Shown here: one piece after another, positions 43,918 to 55,477 of the stretch
Layout: the number at the start of each line of letters is the position of its first letter
How positions within the stretch are numbered: position 1 is the stretch's first letter
From: an uncultured Piscirickettsiaceae bacterium
GTDB taxonomy: Bacteria; Pseudomonadota; Gammaproteobacteria; GCF-002020875
Assembly: GCA_964344435.1 (NCBI GenBank)
Contig: CAYFNH010000002.1
Span: forward strand, 851 to 64,850
DNA length: 64,000 nt
Direction of reading: 5' to 3'
The notes under the pieces: model-generated
Database searches by the model: none
Told to the model about the DNA's origin: nothing
What the model saw: only the letters and a program-made list of their open reading frames with translations
Position numbers and translations under genes: made by a program

Positions 43918-44155
43918 AACCTAGATTCCTCAGTTGGACGAGCCAAAGTGTGCGTACAGGCGTGCGCAGGACAAGGCACAACGACGCGTAATAGCCAGCT
44001 ATTGCAAGGAGTTGTAACGCAGTAATGCGTGCACCTGTGCGTGCAATTTGGTTCGTAGCGATCTTCACCCGTTGAGTGAAGCTGGTTTCTCGATAAATTG
44101 TTTATATAATAAGATGTTGATCCTGTTTCAAGCGGTCAACTGAGGATTCTAGGTT
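43918..44155. mobile_element. MITE-like element, copy 2
   Basis: ~96% identical to 34199..34436, same terminal inverted repeats, same orientation. Confidence 0.8.
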
Positions 44156-44172
44156 CAACCACAGTTTGCACA

Positions 44173-44553
44173 TTGCCTTTTCAATCAACAAAAGTCGATA
44201 ATCCCGGAATGATTCAATTCTCGCCCATCCCTCCCGGTCCACTACATGACTCCTTCCACGCATCGATCCGTCAACAGATCGAAGCACTGAACCACGACCA
44301 GCTCCCTCTGCAGCAGGCACTGCAACAGACCTCGGTGGTCAGTCTGGAGGATCCGTTCCAGGCCATCATCCTCCATACTGACGACAGCCCAGAGTCTATT
44401 GTGGTGAAGTGTGGCATCTTCTATGCCGGGGTGATTGGGGGCTGTAGCTGTGCAGATGACCCCACGCCAACCGATACCCTGCAAGAGTACTGCGAGATTG
44501 AGCTGGAGATCGACCGTGGCAGCGGCAAGGTGCTCCACCTGACCCTGCTATAG
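44173..44553 (+). CDS. hypothetical protein
   Basis: ~115-126 aa ORF with no recognisable family. Contains a Cys cluster (VVKCGIFYAGVIGGCSCADD). Confidence 0.3.
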   Translation: MPFQSTKVDNPGMIQFSPIPPGPLHDSFHASIRQQIEALNHDQLPLQQALQQTSVVSLEDPFQAIILHTDDSPESIVVKCGIFYAGVIGGCSCADDPTPTDTLQEYCEIELEIDRGSGKVLHLTLL

Positions 44554-44724
44554 CGGCAACAGTGAACACTCGGCAGCTGTTCCACAAACCGGAATAGGCC
44601 GCAGGAAACCTTGTAACCCATTCACAACCAATGAACTTTTATAACCCACTAAGGATTTCCTCAGCCTCTGGCACAACCCTTGCTCTATCCCTTGCAGAAA
44701 CCAAACCGCAAGGAAACGCCTCAG

Positions 44725-45195
44725 ATGCCCCTCCTCCGAACCCTCACTCTCACCCTACTCCTGCTCTCCAGCAGTCCCGGGTTCGCCGTGGTGGAGGGGT
44801 ATTCATTTCACGCCTCGCGCCTCGAAAACAGAACACCTCCAACCTCACAGACAGAGACCGCCATCCCCTACGAAACCCTTAGCCACCATACCCGCCACCG
44901 CAAGTACCACTCAGCCCTGAGCGTCAACCGACAGGTAAGTCAGGTATCCATCGTATTCCATACCAAACAGGAGCTGATCTCACTACGTGGCCCCAGGGTA
45001 AACGGCTTCTCCAGAGTACACAGTGATGGGCGCTGCGAGATCCATGTGATGATGCCCTACCACTGGAACGATGACGATGCGATGCGTACCGTGGGTCATG
45101 AGCTGATGCACTGCTTTGGCGCCGAACATGAGCGTGGAGAAACGGAAGATCCCACTCACTCACAACAATCAAACCGCATTGCACTATCAGACTAA
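44725..45195 (+). CDS. small secreted protein with HExxHxxGxxH zinc-binding motif (minimal metzincin-like)
   Basis: Signal peptide MPLLRTLTLTLLLLSSSPGFA. Exact metzincin zinc motif HELMHCFGAEH near the C-terminus; mature size ~130 aa. Start taken at the internal Met of track ORF 44680..45195. Confidence 0.4.
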   Translation: MPLLRTLTLTLLLLSSSPGFAVVEGYSFHASRLENRTPPTSQTETAIPYETLSHHTRHRKYHSALSVNRQVSQVSIVFHTKQELISLRGPRVNGFSRVHSDGRCEIHVMMPYHWNDDDAMRTVGHELMHCFGAEHERGETEDPTHSQQSNRIALSD

Positions 45196-45212
45196 TGCTT
45201 TAAGGAGTCCCC

Positions 45213-48200
45213 CTATCGGAACAGGGGCTGGCGCTGGTCATGCGCACTCCCGCCCCAGAAGCGATCGGCATTGAGTTTGGTTGCATCCGGGTGTTTACTG
45301 ACCGAGAGGATGCTGTACTCCTGCTGTTGAACGTCCCGTTTCAGTGGGCGTTGGTAACATTCACCATTCTTATCCCAAACCGCCATCACCATCGGGTGCA
45401 GCGCACTCTCTCCGCGCTTGACCACCAATGCAATCTCACCAGAGGCCAGTTTTACCGTGGTACCTGGTGGGTAGATCCCGAGCTCTGCAATCAACACCTT
45501 GCTCAACTGCACGTCATAATGCCCCTTTTTGCTGGAGACAAACTGCTGCATGATCTGCCGGGGAGTACCGGGGCTGCGGTAGCGGCGTGGTGAAATCATC
45601 GCACCATAGCGATCAGACAATGCAATCAACCGCGCCTCTAGCGGGATATCCCTGGCATGATAGCCATTGGGGTAACCGCTGCCATCCATCATCTCATGGT
45701 GATAGGCCACCGCATTGAGCCAGGTACGGTCGGTCACCCCCATCTTGATCAACGCCTTGACACTGTTTTTGGGATGCAGGCGAATGTGCATCTGGTGAAA
45801 AGTACTCAACGTCCCCTCCATCTCATGGAGATCATTTTGCATTGGGTAGAGCCCCAGGTTTTGGGTCAGACTGGCGCAGGAGAGCGCACGAATCGTGTGC
45901 TCACTCCAGCCAAGGCGCTGTGCCGTCAACACCGCCACCATGGTGTTCTGAATGGTACGCATGATGGTGTGTGGAAAATGGGTGTAGAGATGGATCACTC
46001 CGATAAAGAGGTCTGCATCCTCAGTCAGTTTCGTAACCACCTCGTCCGCCAGCTCGACAATATCCTCGGAGAGGTTATAGCCATCCTGGGCATAGCTGGA
46101 ATAGAGCTTCTCGAGCCGCTCCACCAGCTCTTCTACATATCGGCTTGCCGTGGGCACACGTCGCAGATGGTTGAAGTGTTCTCGGGTCTGCTCCCAATCC
46201 AGCTGCTGCAACGACTCAATCAGGGCCTCCTTGCTACGGCTGGTACGCTGAACAAAGGAGGTGATCAGCTCTTCATCACTCTGGGCCGACATCTGCTTCA
46301 ACAGGTACTGGTTGACCACATAACGCAACTCGTTATGATCCAGTGGTTTGCTCATGAAGCCGTCACAACCTGCCTCAAAAAATTCATCCTGATAACGCTG
46401 TTCGGTATAGGCCGTCAGGGCGATGATCGGAGCCTCGCAACTCTGCTCTCGCAGAATGCTGGTTGCCTCAACCCCCCCCATGACCGGCATCTCCATATCC
46501 ATCAAGATCAGGTCGAAGTGCTCCTGCAGCGCCCGCTCAACCGCCTCCTTGCCATTGCTGGCAACCACCACCGAGGCCCCCACCTGCTCCAGCATACGCT
46601 TCTCCAGAGCCTGCATGATCGGCACATCATCCACCACCAGCACCTTGCCGGAGACTCGTTGATGTTGCGCAGAGCGCTCCTGTGGTTCATTCACAGAAGA
46701 CTTCAGTGGAGTGCGACCGACAGGGCGATAGGGGAGTTTGAGACGAAAGATCGAGCCAACCCCAAGCTCACTGGTCACATCCATCGCCCCCCCATCAATC
46801 TGGCCAACTGGAAAGCAACATAGAGGCCAAGCCCGTGCCCGGAGAATGTGCTCTCCTTCTGCTCTATCCGCTCCTTGAGCCGCCCCAGATCTTTCTCGGA
46901 CATCCCTACACCGGTATCCTCCACCTTGAAAAACAGGTGCTTCGTATCGTACCAGCAGGTGAGGCTGATCAATCCATGGTGGGTAAATTCAACCGCATTG
47001 TCCAACAGATGGGCGATGATCTGGGTGATACGGTGAGCATCCCCGTTGAGCTGGATATCCTGCTTGCCGGGGGGATGAAGCTGGAACTCCAGCCCGGCAT
47101 CATGAACGATGGTGATATAGTCGTGCTCGATATCCTTGAGCAGCACCGAAAGGCTGTAGTGGGTCTCATCCAGATCCAGAGTGCCACTCTCGATCTTGGA
47201 CATATCGATAATGTCGCCCACCAGCGAGAGCCGTTTGCGATCTGCCTTGGCAAAGGCCAGCGCCATCTGCCGCTCCTGCTCCATCCACTGTACATCGTTG
47301 GGATCATACTTGAGGGAGATAAATTTGATCGCCTCCCCATGCTGATCCATCACCGGGATAATCATGGAGCGGTTCCAGAAGGTGGCTCCATCCTTTCTGC
47401 GGTCCATAAGATCACCGTACCAGACCTCCCCCTTGCCAATCATCTCCCACATCTTCTGGTAGAAGGCCTCTGAATGTTCACCGGAGTTGAAGATACGGTG
47501 GTTTTCTCCGATCAGTTCACTACGCGAGTATCCGGTCAGCTCACAGAACAGGTCATTGACGTAGATAATTTTTCCTTCCCGGTCGGTAACACTGACATAG
47601 GTGCGCTTGTCCGCTTCCGGCACCGGGTATCTCCCCTCCTGTTGCACCATCTCGGGCAGGGGCTGTCCGCCCTGTGTCTTATGCTGCTCCAGCTGCTTGA
47701 ATCGACTCCAGCAGCTGGCGAGCGAGAGCGCTGTCTGTAGCAACCGTTTTGGTTCGACTGGCTTCCTGAAGTAGTCAAAATCGACCCCTACCTCTGCATG
47801 AAGCTGCTCCAGCTCATAATCGGAGTAGGCGCTGCAAAAGATGATGCGCACATTCCGGTCCACCGTCCGGATCATCTTTGCGGTCTTGACCCCATCCCAT
47901 CCCGGAGGCATCCGCATATCCAGCAGAATCACCGCATAGGGGCTGTTCTCGGCCAGCGCCTGCTTGACCATCAGGAACCCCTCCTTGCCGCTCAATGCAC
48001 AGTCGTGTTCGAAATAGATGGGGGTATCACTGGAGATCTCCATATCCCCCCCATCATTGCCGTCATCTCATGCAGAACAGGGTCAATCCCGGTGTCGTGC
48101 CGGAAGATGGTTGCATAGGTATCGTGTACTTGTTTGCTGTCGTCAATAGAGAGTAGCCGCCACCTCGGCTGCTGAACCTCCTCACTATTGATTGGCTCTC

Positions 48201-48225
48201 CCACCTGACGTCTCCCCTGCCTCAT
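45213..48225 (-). pseudogene. REC-PAS-HisKA-HATPase-REC-HD-GYP multidomain signalling gene split into three ORFs (47992..48225, 46775..48043, 45213..46784) by two frameshifts at G7 tracts
   Basis: ORF 46775..48043 ends ...GHGLGLYVAFQLARLMGGRWM*. ORF 45213..46784 begins MDVTSELGVGSIFRLKLPY (the end of the same HATPase_c domain), then REC (VLVVDDVPIM...LILMDMEMPVMGG) and HD-GYP (HHEMMDGSGYPNGY). One extra G in the run ATGGGGGGGCG (~46786-46793) would give ...LMGGAMDVTSELGVGS.... A second G7 run (~48046-48052) separates the N-terminal REC fragment; +1 G there gives ...MTAMMGGDMEISSDTPIYF.... Confidence 0.7.
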
Positions 48226-48269
48226 CCTCTATGGCAAAAATCACCTTGTAAGCGATGGTATCTGACAAC

Positions 48270-51200
48270 TCAGAGCAGTACCTGCTCTACTCCATCCTGC
48301 TCCACTGTCTGCAGGAAGCGCTCCTGCCACCCTTGACCATGGAGCTGTTTTACCAACTCTACCACCAGATAGTCTACCTCCAATCCACTACCAGGTTGAT
48401 AACGAATCAGCCCCTGCTGACAGGAGGGGCAGGAGGTCAGAATCTTCTTCGCCTGCGTCAGTTCACCACAATTCTTCTTCAGCTCACGCTCCTTGCGGAA
48501 CTTCACCTGGGTGGCAATATCGGGCCGGGTTACCGCAAAGGTGCCCGACTCACCACAGCAACGGTCAGAGAGCTTCACCGTTGCCCCGGTCAGTGCCGTA
48601 GCCACCCGCTGCGGCGCATACTGCTTCATCGGCGAGTGACAGGGATCATGGAAGAGGTACTCGGTATCACCTTGCCCATCCGTCAACTTCACCCCCTTCT
48701 CCAGCAGGTACTCATGGATATCGAGTAGCCGACAACCGGGGAAGATCTGCTCGAACTGGTACTGCATAAGCTGATCCATACAGGTACCACAGGAGACCAG
48801 TACCGTCTTGATATCGAGATAGTTGAGGGTGTTGGCAATACGGTGGAAAAGAATACGATTACCCATCGAGATCTGCTCACTCTTCTCCAGCTCCCCAACT
48901 GCACGCTGTGGATAGCCACAACAGAGGTAACCCGGTGGCAGCACCGTCTGTACATCCAGCTCATAGAGCATACTGAGGGTAGCCAACTCCACCTGTCCGA
49001 AGAGCCGCTCGGAACCACAGCCGGGGAAGTAGAACAGTGCCTCCGACTCGATACTGGTAGTGCGCGGATTACGCACAATCGGCACAAAACGGTTGTCCTC
49101 GATACCCAACAGGGCACGCGGACTCTTCTGTGCCATCCCCCCCGGCATTGGACGGTGGAAGAATTGCACCAGCTGCCCCTTGAACTCCGGTTTGCCGCTG
49201 GTCGCGGTTGGGCGCTTCGTCCGTTTAAGCAGGCCACCAGCATGCATCAGTTGATATCCCATGCGCTGCAGCGCATAGCTCCAGGTGACCATAGCGGTAC
49301 GCATGATGCGAATCAGGCGTGGGTCGGTCACATTGAGAAACTGCATCGCCAGCCACCCCGCCGGCTTGAACCAGCGTTTGCGCTGGCGCTTGAGGATGGT
49401 GCGCATCAACACGGTAACATCGCCAAAGTCGATATTGACCGGGCACGGCGTTTCACAACGATGACAGACGGTACAGTGGTCGGCCACATCGTTCATCTCT
49501 TCAAAATGGCGTAGCGAGATCCCGCGGCGAGTCTGCTCCTCGTAGAGCACCGCCTCGATCATCAAGCCGGTGGCGAGAATCTTGTTGCGTGGCGAGTAGA
49601 GCAGGTTGGCAGCCGGCACATGGGTGGTACAGACCGGCTTGCACTTGCCACAACGCAGACAGTCCTTGACCATATGGTTGAGCTCTCCCAGATCATTGGC
49701 CTCCAGAATCAAGGCCTCCTGCGCCAACAGCTGCAACGACGGAGTATAGGCATTATCAAGCCCGGAGCCTGCCATCAGCTTGCCGCGATTGAAACGCCCT
49801 TGCGGATCGACCTGCTGCTTGTAGCTGCTGAATTCAGCCACCTCCTGCTCACCCAGATAGTGCATCTTGGTGAGGCCAATGCCGTGTTCCCCGGAGATGA
49901 CTCCGCCCAGCGAGGTGGCCAGCGCCATGATGCGATCCACTACACGGTCTGCCTCCTGCAACATTGCATAATTATTGGAGTGAACCGGAATATTGGTATG
50001 AACATTGCCATCCCCTGCGTGCATGTGGGTAGCAACAAAGAGTCGACGATTCTTCACCTCGGCGTGGAGCGCATCCATTCTACTGCGCAGGCTCTCCAGC
50101 GCCTGATTGGCAAACAGCTCCTTGAGCGGACGGGCCAGCTCACGCTTCCAGGAGATACGCAGCGCTCCACGTTGAATCAGACGGAATACCGTGCTCTCCG
50201 AATCGAGCTCATCGTTGACCGCCAAATTGAGCTTGCGATACTTCAGATCCAGTGAGTCTCGCAAGGTTTGCCAACGCTGCCGCACCCGCTCCAGCAGGGC
50301 CAGTGCCGCTTCATGTTTGGTATGGAGAATCTGCTGCTGCTCGCTGCTGTCGGCCAGTCGCGCCAGCTGCTCCTGGCTACCCAACACCGTCTGGATCAGC
50401 GCCTCCAGCTCTTCCAGCCCCCCAAGCTTGTTCTCGATCGACTGCTCGATGTTGATGCGCTCGATGCCATCTCCATAGTCGGCCAGTCGATCCAGCGGAA
50501 TCACCACATCCTCGTTGACCTTGAAGGCGTTGGTATGGGCTGCAATTGCCGCGGTTCGGGTACGATCAGACCAGAATGAGGTACGCGCCTGCGGACTGAT
50601 GGCCACAAATCCCTCTGCACCCCGACGTCGGGCCGCCTCCACCACCGCATTCACCGCCTGCTGCAATACCGTCTCGTCTTCACCACCGATATCGGCCAGC
50701 AGCACCATTTTCGGCAGATCCGATCGAGCCGCCTTGGAGCTGTACTTGACCGCCTTTACATAACGCTCATCAAGGTGCTCCAGACCGGAGAGGGCCACCC
50801 CTTCCGCCTGCTGCAGGATCTCGATGGTCTCGACAATGGCCGGGACGGCACGGTGCAGGTCGGGATCGAAAAACTCCAGGCAGACCGTATGGGTCAGGGG
50901 CGAAGCCGGATGCAGCAGAAATACCGCCGAGGTGATAAGCCCATCACACCCCTCCTTCTGGGCACCGGGCAACCCCCCCAGAAACTTGCTGGTAACGTCC
51001 TTGCCCAGACCCGGCTTGCGCAGCTGTTGTGCCGGAATTTGCAATGTTGCGACCGCCCCCTTCGGGGTCTTGCCGTCCTTCTCATAACGCTGGATCTGAA
51101 ACTCGGCATGGGGTTGATCATGCAACTTGCCCAGATTGTGGTTGGTGCGGGTCACCTCCAACCACTCTGCCTGCGGGGTCACCATTCTCCAGGAGAGCAG

Positions 51201-52100
51201 GTTATCCAGTGTTGTACCCCAACGCACCGCCTTCTTGCCACCGGCATTCATCGCAATGTTGCCGCCAATGGTGGAGGCGTGCTGCGAGGTTGGATCCACC
51301 GCAAAGATCAGTCCTGCGGCACTGGCTAGCTCACTGACCCGATAGGTAACGACTCCCGACTCCACCGCCACGGTGGCTACCGGCTCCTCCACACCGGGTA
51401 TCTTCTGCCTGACCACCGCACCCAGTCGCTCCAGGCGCTCGATATTGATGACCACACTGTCCGCCTCCAGCGGTACCGCACTGCCGGTATAGCCGGTGCC
51501 CCCTCCGCGCGGGATGATGGTCAGACCCAGCTCGATGCAGACCTCGACAATGTCGCGCACCTCCACTTCGCTATCCGGGGTAACCACCACGAACGGAAAC
51601 TCGACACGCCAGTCGGAGGCATCGGTAGCATGTGAGACCCGTGCCAGCCCGTCGAACTGGATGTTATCCCTGCGTGTCACCTTGGCCAGTGCACGTTCGG
51701 TCTTCTTGCGGAAGGTGGCCTGATTATCAATCCAGGAGCGGAACTGCTCCACCGCCTGACGTGCCCGCTCCACCAGCTGCAGTGCCAGCACATTACCATC
51801 GGCTCGCAGCTCAATCTGATCCAGTCGGTGTCTCAGTGCCTGCACCAACGCCCCACGACGACCACTGTTGTCGATCAGGTCATCCTGAATATAGGGGTTG
51901 CGACGCACCACCCAGATGTCACCCAGCACCTCAAACAGCATGCGTGCGGAGCGCCCGGTCTGGCGCTGCCCACGGAGCTGGTTGAGCACATCCCACATCT
52001 CCTCCCCGAGAAAACGGATAACGATTTCACGATCGGAGAAGGAGGTGTAGTTATACGGAATCTCGCGGATTCTCGGTGCATCTGGAGCAGTGGTGGTCAT
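48270..52100 (-). CDS. YdiJ-like giant FAD-linked oxidase / Fe-S oxidoreductase fusion (DUF3683 + GlcD-like + 4Fe-4S + GlcF-like CCG domains)
   Basis: 1276 aa. FAD-binding PCMH region ([16 protein letters not shown]); ferredoxin-type cysteine clusters ([23 protein letters not shown]); two Cys-rich CCG-like segments near the C-terminus. Confidence 0.75.
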   Translation of the reverse strand: MTTTAPDAPRIREIPYNYTSFSDREIVIRFLGEEMWDVLNQLRGQRQTGRSARMLFEVLGDIWVVRRNPYIQDDLIDNSGRRGALVQALRHRLDQIELRADGNVLALQLVERARQAVEQFRSWIDNQATFRKKTERALAKVTRRDNIQFDGLARVSHATDASDWRVEFPFVVVTPDSEVEVRDIVEVCIELGLTIIPRGGGTGYTGSAVPLEADSVVINIERLERLGAVVRQKIPGVEEPVATVAVESGVVTYRVSELASAAGLIFAVDPTSQHASTIGGNIAMNAGGKKAVRWGTTLDNLLSWRMVTPQAEWLEVTRTNHNLGKLHDQPHAEFQIQRYEKDGKTPKGAVATLQIPAQQLRKPGLGKDVTSKFLGGLPGAQKEGCDGLITSAVFLLHPASPLTHTVCLEFFDPDLHRAVPAIVETIEILQQAEGVALSGLEHLDERYVKAVKYSSKAARSDLPKMVLLADIGGEDETVLQQAVNAVVEAARRRGAEGFVAISPQARTSFWSDRTRTAAIAAHTNAFKVNEDVVIPLDRLADYGDGIERINIEQSIENKLGGLEELEALIQTVLGSQEQLARLADSSEQQQILHTKHEAALALLERVRQRWQTLRDSLDLKYRKLNLAVNDELDSESTVFRLIQRGALRISWKRELARPLKELFANQALESLRSRMDALHAEVKNRRLFVATHMHAGDGNVHTNIPVHSNNYAMLQEADRVVDRIMALATSLGGVISGEHGIGLTKMHYLGEQEVAEFSSYKQQVDPQGRFNRGKLMAGSGLDNAYTPSLQLLAQEALILEANDLGELNHMVKDCLRCGKCKPVCTTHVPAANLLYSPRNKILATGLMIEAVLYEEQTRRGISLRHFEEMNDVADHCTVCHRCETPCPVNIDFGDVTVLMRTILKRQRKRWFKPAGWLAMQFLNVTDPRLIRIMRTAMVTWSYALQRMGYQLMHAGGLLKRTKRPTATSGKPEFKGQLVQFFHRPMPGGMAQKSPRALLGIEDNRFVPIVRNPRTTSIESEALFYFPGCGSERLFGQVELATLSMLYELDVQTVLPPGYLCCGYPQRAVGELEKSEQISMGNRILFHRIANTLNYLDIKTVLVSCGTCMDQLMQYQFEQIFPGCRLLDIHEYLLEKGVKLTDGQGDTEYLFHDPCHSPMKQYAPQRVATALTGATVKLSDRCCGESGTFAVTRPDIATQVKFRKERELKKNCGELTQAKKILTSCPSCQQGLIRYQPGSGLEVDYLVVELVKQLHGQGWQERFLQTVEQDGVEQVLL

Positions 52101-52437
52101 AAGAGGGCGAATGATACCTGATTGATGATGCCCCTATAAGCATGGAGACTCAATACTACCCATAAAATCCCGTAACAAATAAAAACGGCCTTCAGGGGAT
52201 GAAGCCTGAAAGCCGCGAATGTTTCCTTTGATGGTTATTGTTATTATCTGTTGGCTCTTCCCCCAAGGATGGATTGAAACCTTATTGTTATCTTCGTCAG
52301 AGAGTGTCTGTTATCACCACCTGACCTTGCGAAGAGAATATACCCACCCCACTAAACCATGTCAAGCTATTGTTTTTACTATAATATAATCATAATATCC
52401 TAATATTCTCCAAGCCTTGAGCAGAACATTACACCCC

Positions 52438-53277
52438 CTATCTTCCCTTCTGCCGCGCCTCTTCCAACGCCTCGCAGAGCAACTTCGCCCCCTCCACCAA
52501 ACGGGGGCCGTGGCGTTGCAGAAGATCCGGAGGAACATGATAAAGATTTTCCTCCCGAACAGCCTGCAGCAGCGGGAAACGACTCCAGCTATCGAGCCAC
52601 TCCGGACGGGACTCATCCATACCACTGGCAATGATCACCTCCGGATTGCGCTCCAGCACCGCCTCTACACCAATCTGGGGGGAGAGGCTGTCAAGCCCGG
52701 CAAAGACATTGCGACCACCACACAACTCAATTACGTGACTGATGATCTGCTCCCCATTGATGGTGATCAAGGGCTGGTTCCAGACCTGATAAAAGACATC
52801 GACCAAATGCTTTCCCTGGTACCGGTTGCGCAGCTGCTGCAGATGGTTGCGGTAGTCGTGAGCCTGCTCACCGGCCTGCTGCTCACGCCCCAACACCCCC
52901 CCCAACTGCTCCATGACGGTGGCCACATCCTCCAGTCGACGAGGCTCCGAGATATGGAATTTGAAGCCAAGCTGGCGCAGCTTTTCCAGCTCACCCGGCG
53001 CATTACCACTCTCCCATCCCACAATCAGATCCGCTCGACTGGCAATGATCGCCTCCAGATCGAGACGGTTATACCCCCCCACTTGAGGAATCCTCCCTGC
53101 TGCCTCGGGGTAGTTGCTGTAATTCACGGTACCGACCACCTGTTCCCCGGCACCGATTGCGAACAGCATTTCGGTCAGGTGTGGTGCCAGACTCACCACA
53201 CGCAGGGCGTGACGCTCGTCAGCCTGTACGGCAAAGCTGAGAAACAGCAGGAGCAGTCGAATCAAAGAGGCAGCCAT
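52438..53277 (-). CDS. btuF: vitamin B12 ABC transporter periplasmic binding protein
   Basis: 279 aa with signal peptide, BtuF/FecB-like fold (RVVSLAPHLTEMLFAIGAGEQVVG). Confidence 0.8.
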   Translation of the reverse strand: MAASLIRLLLLFLSFAVQADERHALRVVSLAPHLTEMLFAIGAGEQVVGTVNYSNYPEAAGRIPQVGGYNRLDLEAIIASRADLIVGWESGNAPGELEKLRQLGFKFHISEPRRLEDVATVMEQLGGVLGREQQAGEQAHDYRNHLQQLRNRYQGKHLVDVFYQVWNQPLITINGEQIISHVIELCGGRNVFAGLDSLSPQIGVEAVLERNPEVIIASGMDESRPEWLDSWSRFPLLQAVREENLYHVPPDLLQRHGPRLVEGAKLLCEALEEARQKGR

Positions 53278-54032
53278 GCAACCCGCCCCTGCGCCCGAAG
53301 TTGCACCATCCCGGTGTCGTAGAGTCGATCCATATTTTCCGAGGTTGCCAGCACCTCAACCCCCCCCTGCGCCACCTCACCATGGCCAAACAGCAGTAAC
53401 AGATGGGTGCAATAACGCATCGCTAGATTGATATCATGCAGCACCATCACACTGGCTGCAGCTTGCTGTCGAACCGACTCGGTCAGCTGCAGGAAGATCT
53501 GCTGCTGATATTTGGGGTCAAGATGGGCCTCCGGCTCATCCAGCAGATAGAGCTGTGGCTGCTGCGCCAGAATGGTGGCGATGGCAACCCGACGACGCTC
53601 CCCACCGGAGAGGCTCTGAACAGTGCGCTGCTGAAGTGCATTGAGCTCCATCACCTCCAGTGCCCACTCTACCCGTTTCCGGTCTTCCGCACCCTCTCCA
53701 CGCAGCAACGTGGTATGGGGATGGCGCCCCATCATCACCTGATCCAGTACCGTGGTGGGGAAGATGTCATCCTGATGCTGGAAAACCAGCCCAACCCGAC
53801 GTGCAACTTCACGACGATTAAGGTGGGTTAACGGTTGACCATTGAGCAAAATCTCACCCTGATTGATCGGATGCAGCCCTGCCAGTGCGCGCAGCAGGGT
53901 ACTCTTGCCCACTCCATTGACCCCCAGCACCCCCCAGATCTGTTCAGGTTCAATCCGCCAATCCAGCCGCTCACAGATCGATTTGTCCGCAATGGAGAGA
54001 GAAAGTTGATTGACTTGCAACACCGGACTCAC
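53262..54032 (-). CDS. btuD: ABC transporter ATP-binding protein (cobalamin/iron-siderophore type)
   Basis: Walker A GVNGVGKST; ABC signature LSGGERRRV; Walker B LYLLDEP. Confidence 0.85.
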   Translation of the reverse strand: MSPVLQVNQLSLSIADKSICERLDWRIEPEQIWGVLGVNGVGKSTLLRALAGLHPINQGEILLNGQPLTHLNRREVARRVGLVFQHQDDIFPTTVLDQVMMGRHPHTTLLRGEGAEDRKRVEWALEVMELNALQQRTVQSLSGGERRRVAIATILAQQPQLYLLDEPEAHLDPKYQQQIFLQLTESVRQQAAASVMVLHDINLAMRYCTHLLLLFGHGEVAQGGVEVLATSENMDRLYDTGMVQLRAQGRVAWLPL

Positions 54033-55018
54033 CGCCCACTCCGTTGCAACAGATAGAGGAAGAGAGGTACACCAAGCATCGCCGTCACCACCCCGACCGG
54101 CAGCTGCTGTGGTGCCAGCAGCGTACGTGCCAGGGTATCGGAGAGAATCAGCAACCCGCCCCCCAGCAGCACCGTGGCCGAGACCAGCAGACGATGATCC
54201 CCGCCGACCATCAGACGAATCATGTGTGGCACCACCAGCCCGACAAATCCGACACTACCCGCCAGGGTAACCGCCGTTGCCGTCAGTAGTGAGGCCAGCA
54301 GAAAGAGGGTCAACCGCAGTCGTTCCACTGCAACCCCAAAGGCCGCAGCCTGTGCCCCTCCTCGGGTGAGCACATTGATCTCACGCGCCAATAGCAATGC
54401 AATGGCAGTACCCAACAGCAGCAGCAGAGATTCCCATCCAGGCAGATCGGGCTGCCCGAGATCCCCCATCAACCAGAAGACCATCCCCCGTAGCGCCTGA
54501 TCGGGGCTTACCGCCAACAAGAAAGTAATCACTGCTCCCCACCCTGCAGCCACCACCACCCCGGTCAACAGCAGCCGCATCGGCTCCCAGCTTCCATGCA
54601 GACGCGCAAGCCCAAACACCAGCAACATCGACAACAGGGCTCCACCAAAGGCGGCCGGTGCCAGCCATACGACAGAGAGCCCCGTCATCAATGCCAACAG
54701 CGCTGCCACTGCCGCCCCACCAGACACACCCAGCACATAAGGGTCTGCCAACGGGTTACGCAGCAGAATCTGCATCAACAGCCCGGAGAGCGCCAACAGA
54801 CCACCAACCACAAAGGCGGTGACAACTCGCGGCAAACGCAGCTCCAGCACCACCGTGGAGAGCACACCTGCATCACCCCCCCGCAGGATCTGCCACAGCA
54901 ACTCCCAACTCACACTGCTGTTGCCAAGCTTCAACGAGAACAGCGCAGCCAACAGCACAAAAGCAACAAACGGGAGCAGTCGCAGGCTGTTGTGGGCGGT
55001 AGTGGGCAGGGCATCCAT
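54029..55018 (-). CDS. btuC: FecCD-family ABC permease (cobalamin import)
   Basis: 329 aa, ~9-10 TM helices, FecCD pattern. Confidence 0.85.
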   Translation of the reverse strand: MDALPTTAHNSLRLLPFVAFVLLAALFSLKLGNSSVSWELLWQILRGGDAGVLSTVVLELRLPRVVTAFVVGGLLALSGLLMQILLRNPLADPYVLGVSGGAAVAALLALMTGLSVVWLAPAAFGGALLSMLLVFGLARLHGSWEPMRLLLTGVVVAAGWGAVITFLLAVSPDQALRGMVFWLMGDLGQPDLPGWESLLLLLGTAIALLLAREINVLTRGGAQAAAFGVAVERLRLTLFLLASLLTATAVTLAGSVGFVGLVVPHMIRLMVGGDHRLLVSATVLLGGGLLILSDTLARTLLAPQQLPVGVVTAMLGVPLFLYLLQRSGR

Positions 55019-55159
55019 AGGCTGGCTATTATCCCCTCAGTTGAGAGAACTTCAAACGGGGCTGCACCACTCATTCTGGAAAGGCCGGAAATTGGTCTCC
55101 TGCAGAAAAGTCCCGTTTGACTTGGTAAAACAATCTCTATATGATCCGCCTCCTGTTTT

Positions 55160-55400
55160 GGGTTCTCTGCTCAATATCCATTGAACAGGGTGAAAAGGGA
55201 AGTCTGGTGCGCTCAACCACAGCAACTCCAGCGCTGCCCCCGCAACGGTAGGTGAGGATAATCGGATCACACGCCACTGCATCGATGATGTGGGAAGGCG
55301 ATTCGAACGGTACACAGAGACCACTCACAAGCCCGGAGACCTGCCCGAGACAATACGTAGGCCAAATCGCGGCGGGCGATAGCCGGGCAACGCTACTGCT
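55160..55400 (+). promoter_or_regulatory. cobalamin (AdoCbl) riboswitch in the btuB leader
   Basis: Conserved GGTGAAAAGGGAA...GGTGCG...CTGCCCCCGCAACGGTA core, B12 box ACGCCACTG, and downstream GGGAAGGCG. It sits ~100-300 nt upstream of the btuB ATG (55478). Confidence 0.8.
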
Positions 55401-55477
55401 GTCTTGTCTCTCTGTTCGCCGTGCTGGCTTTGGATTATCCCAGCGATATGCGGGCGTGCATATCTGGAGCATAGACA

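Noticed and set aside
52101-52437. AT-rich 337-bp gap between the YdiJ-like gene and btuF with weak hairpin (GGCCTTCAGG…CCTGAAAGCCG)
   Set aside because: The stem is imperfect and no T-tract or riboswitch-like conserved core was recognisable. Probably just divergent or convergent regulatory DNA.
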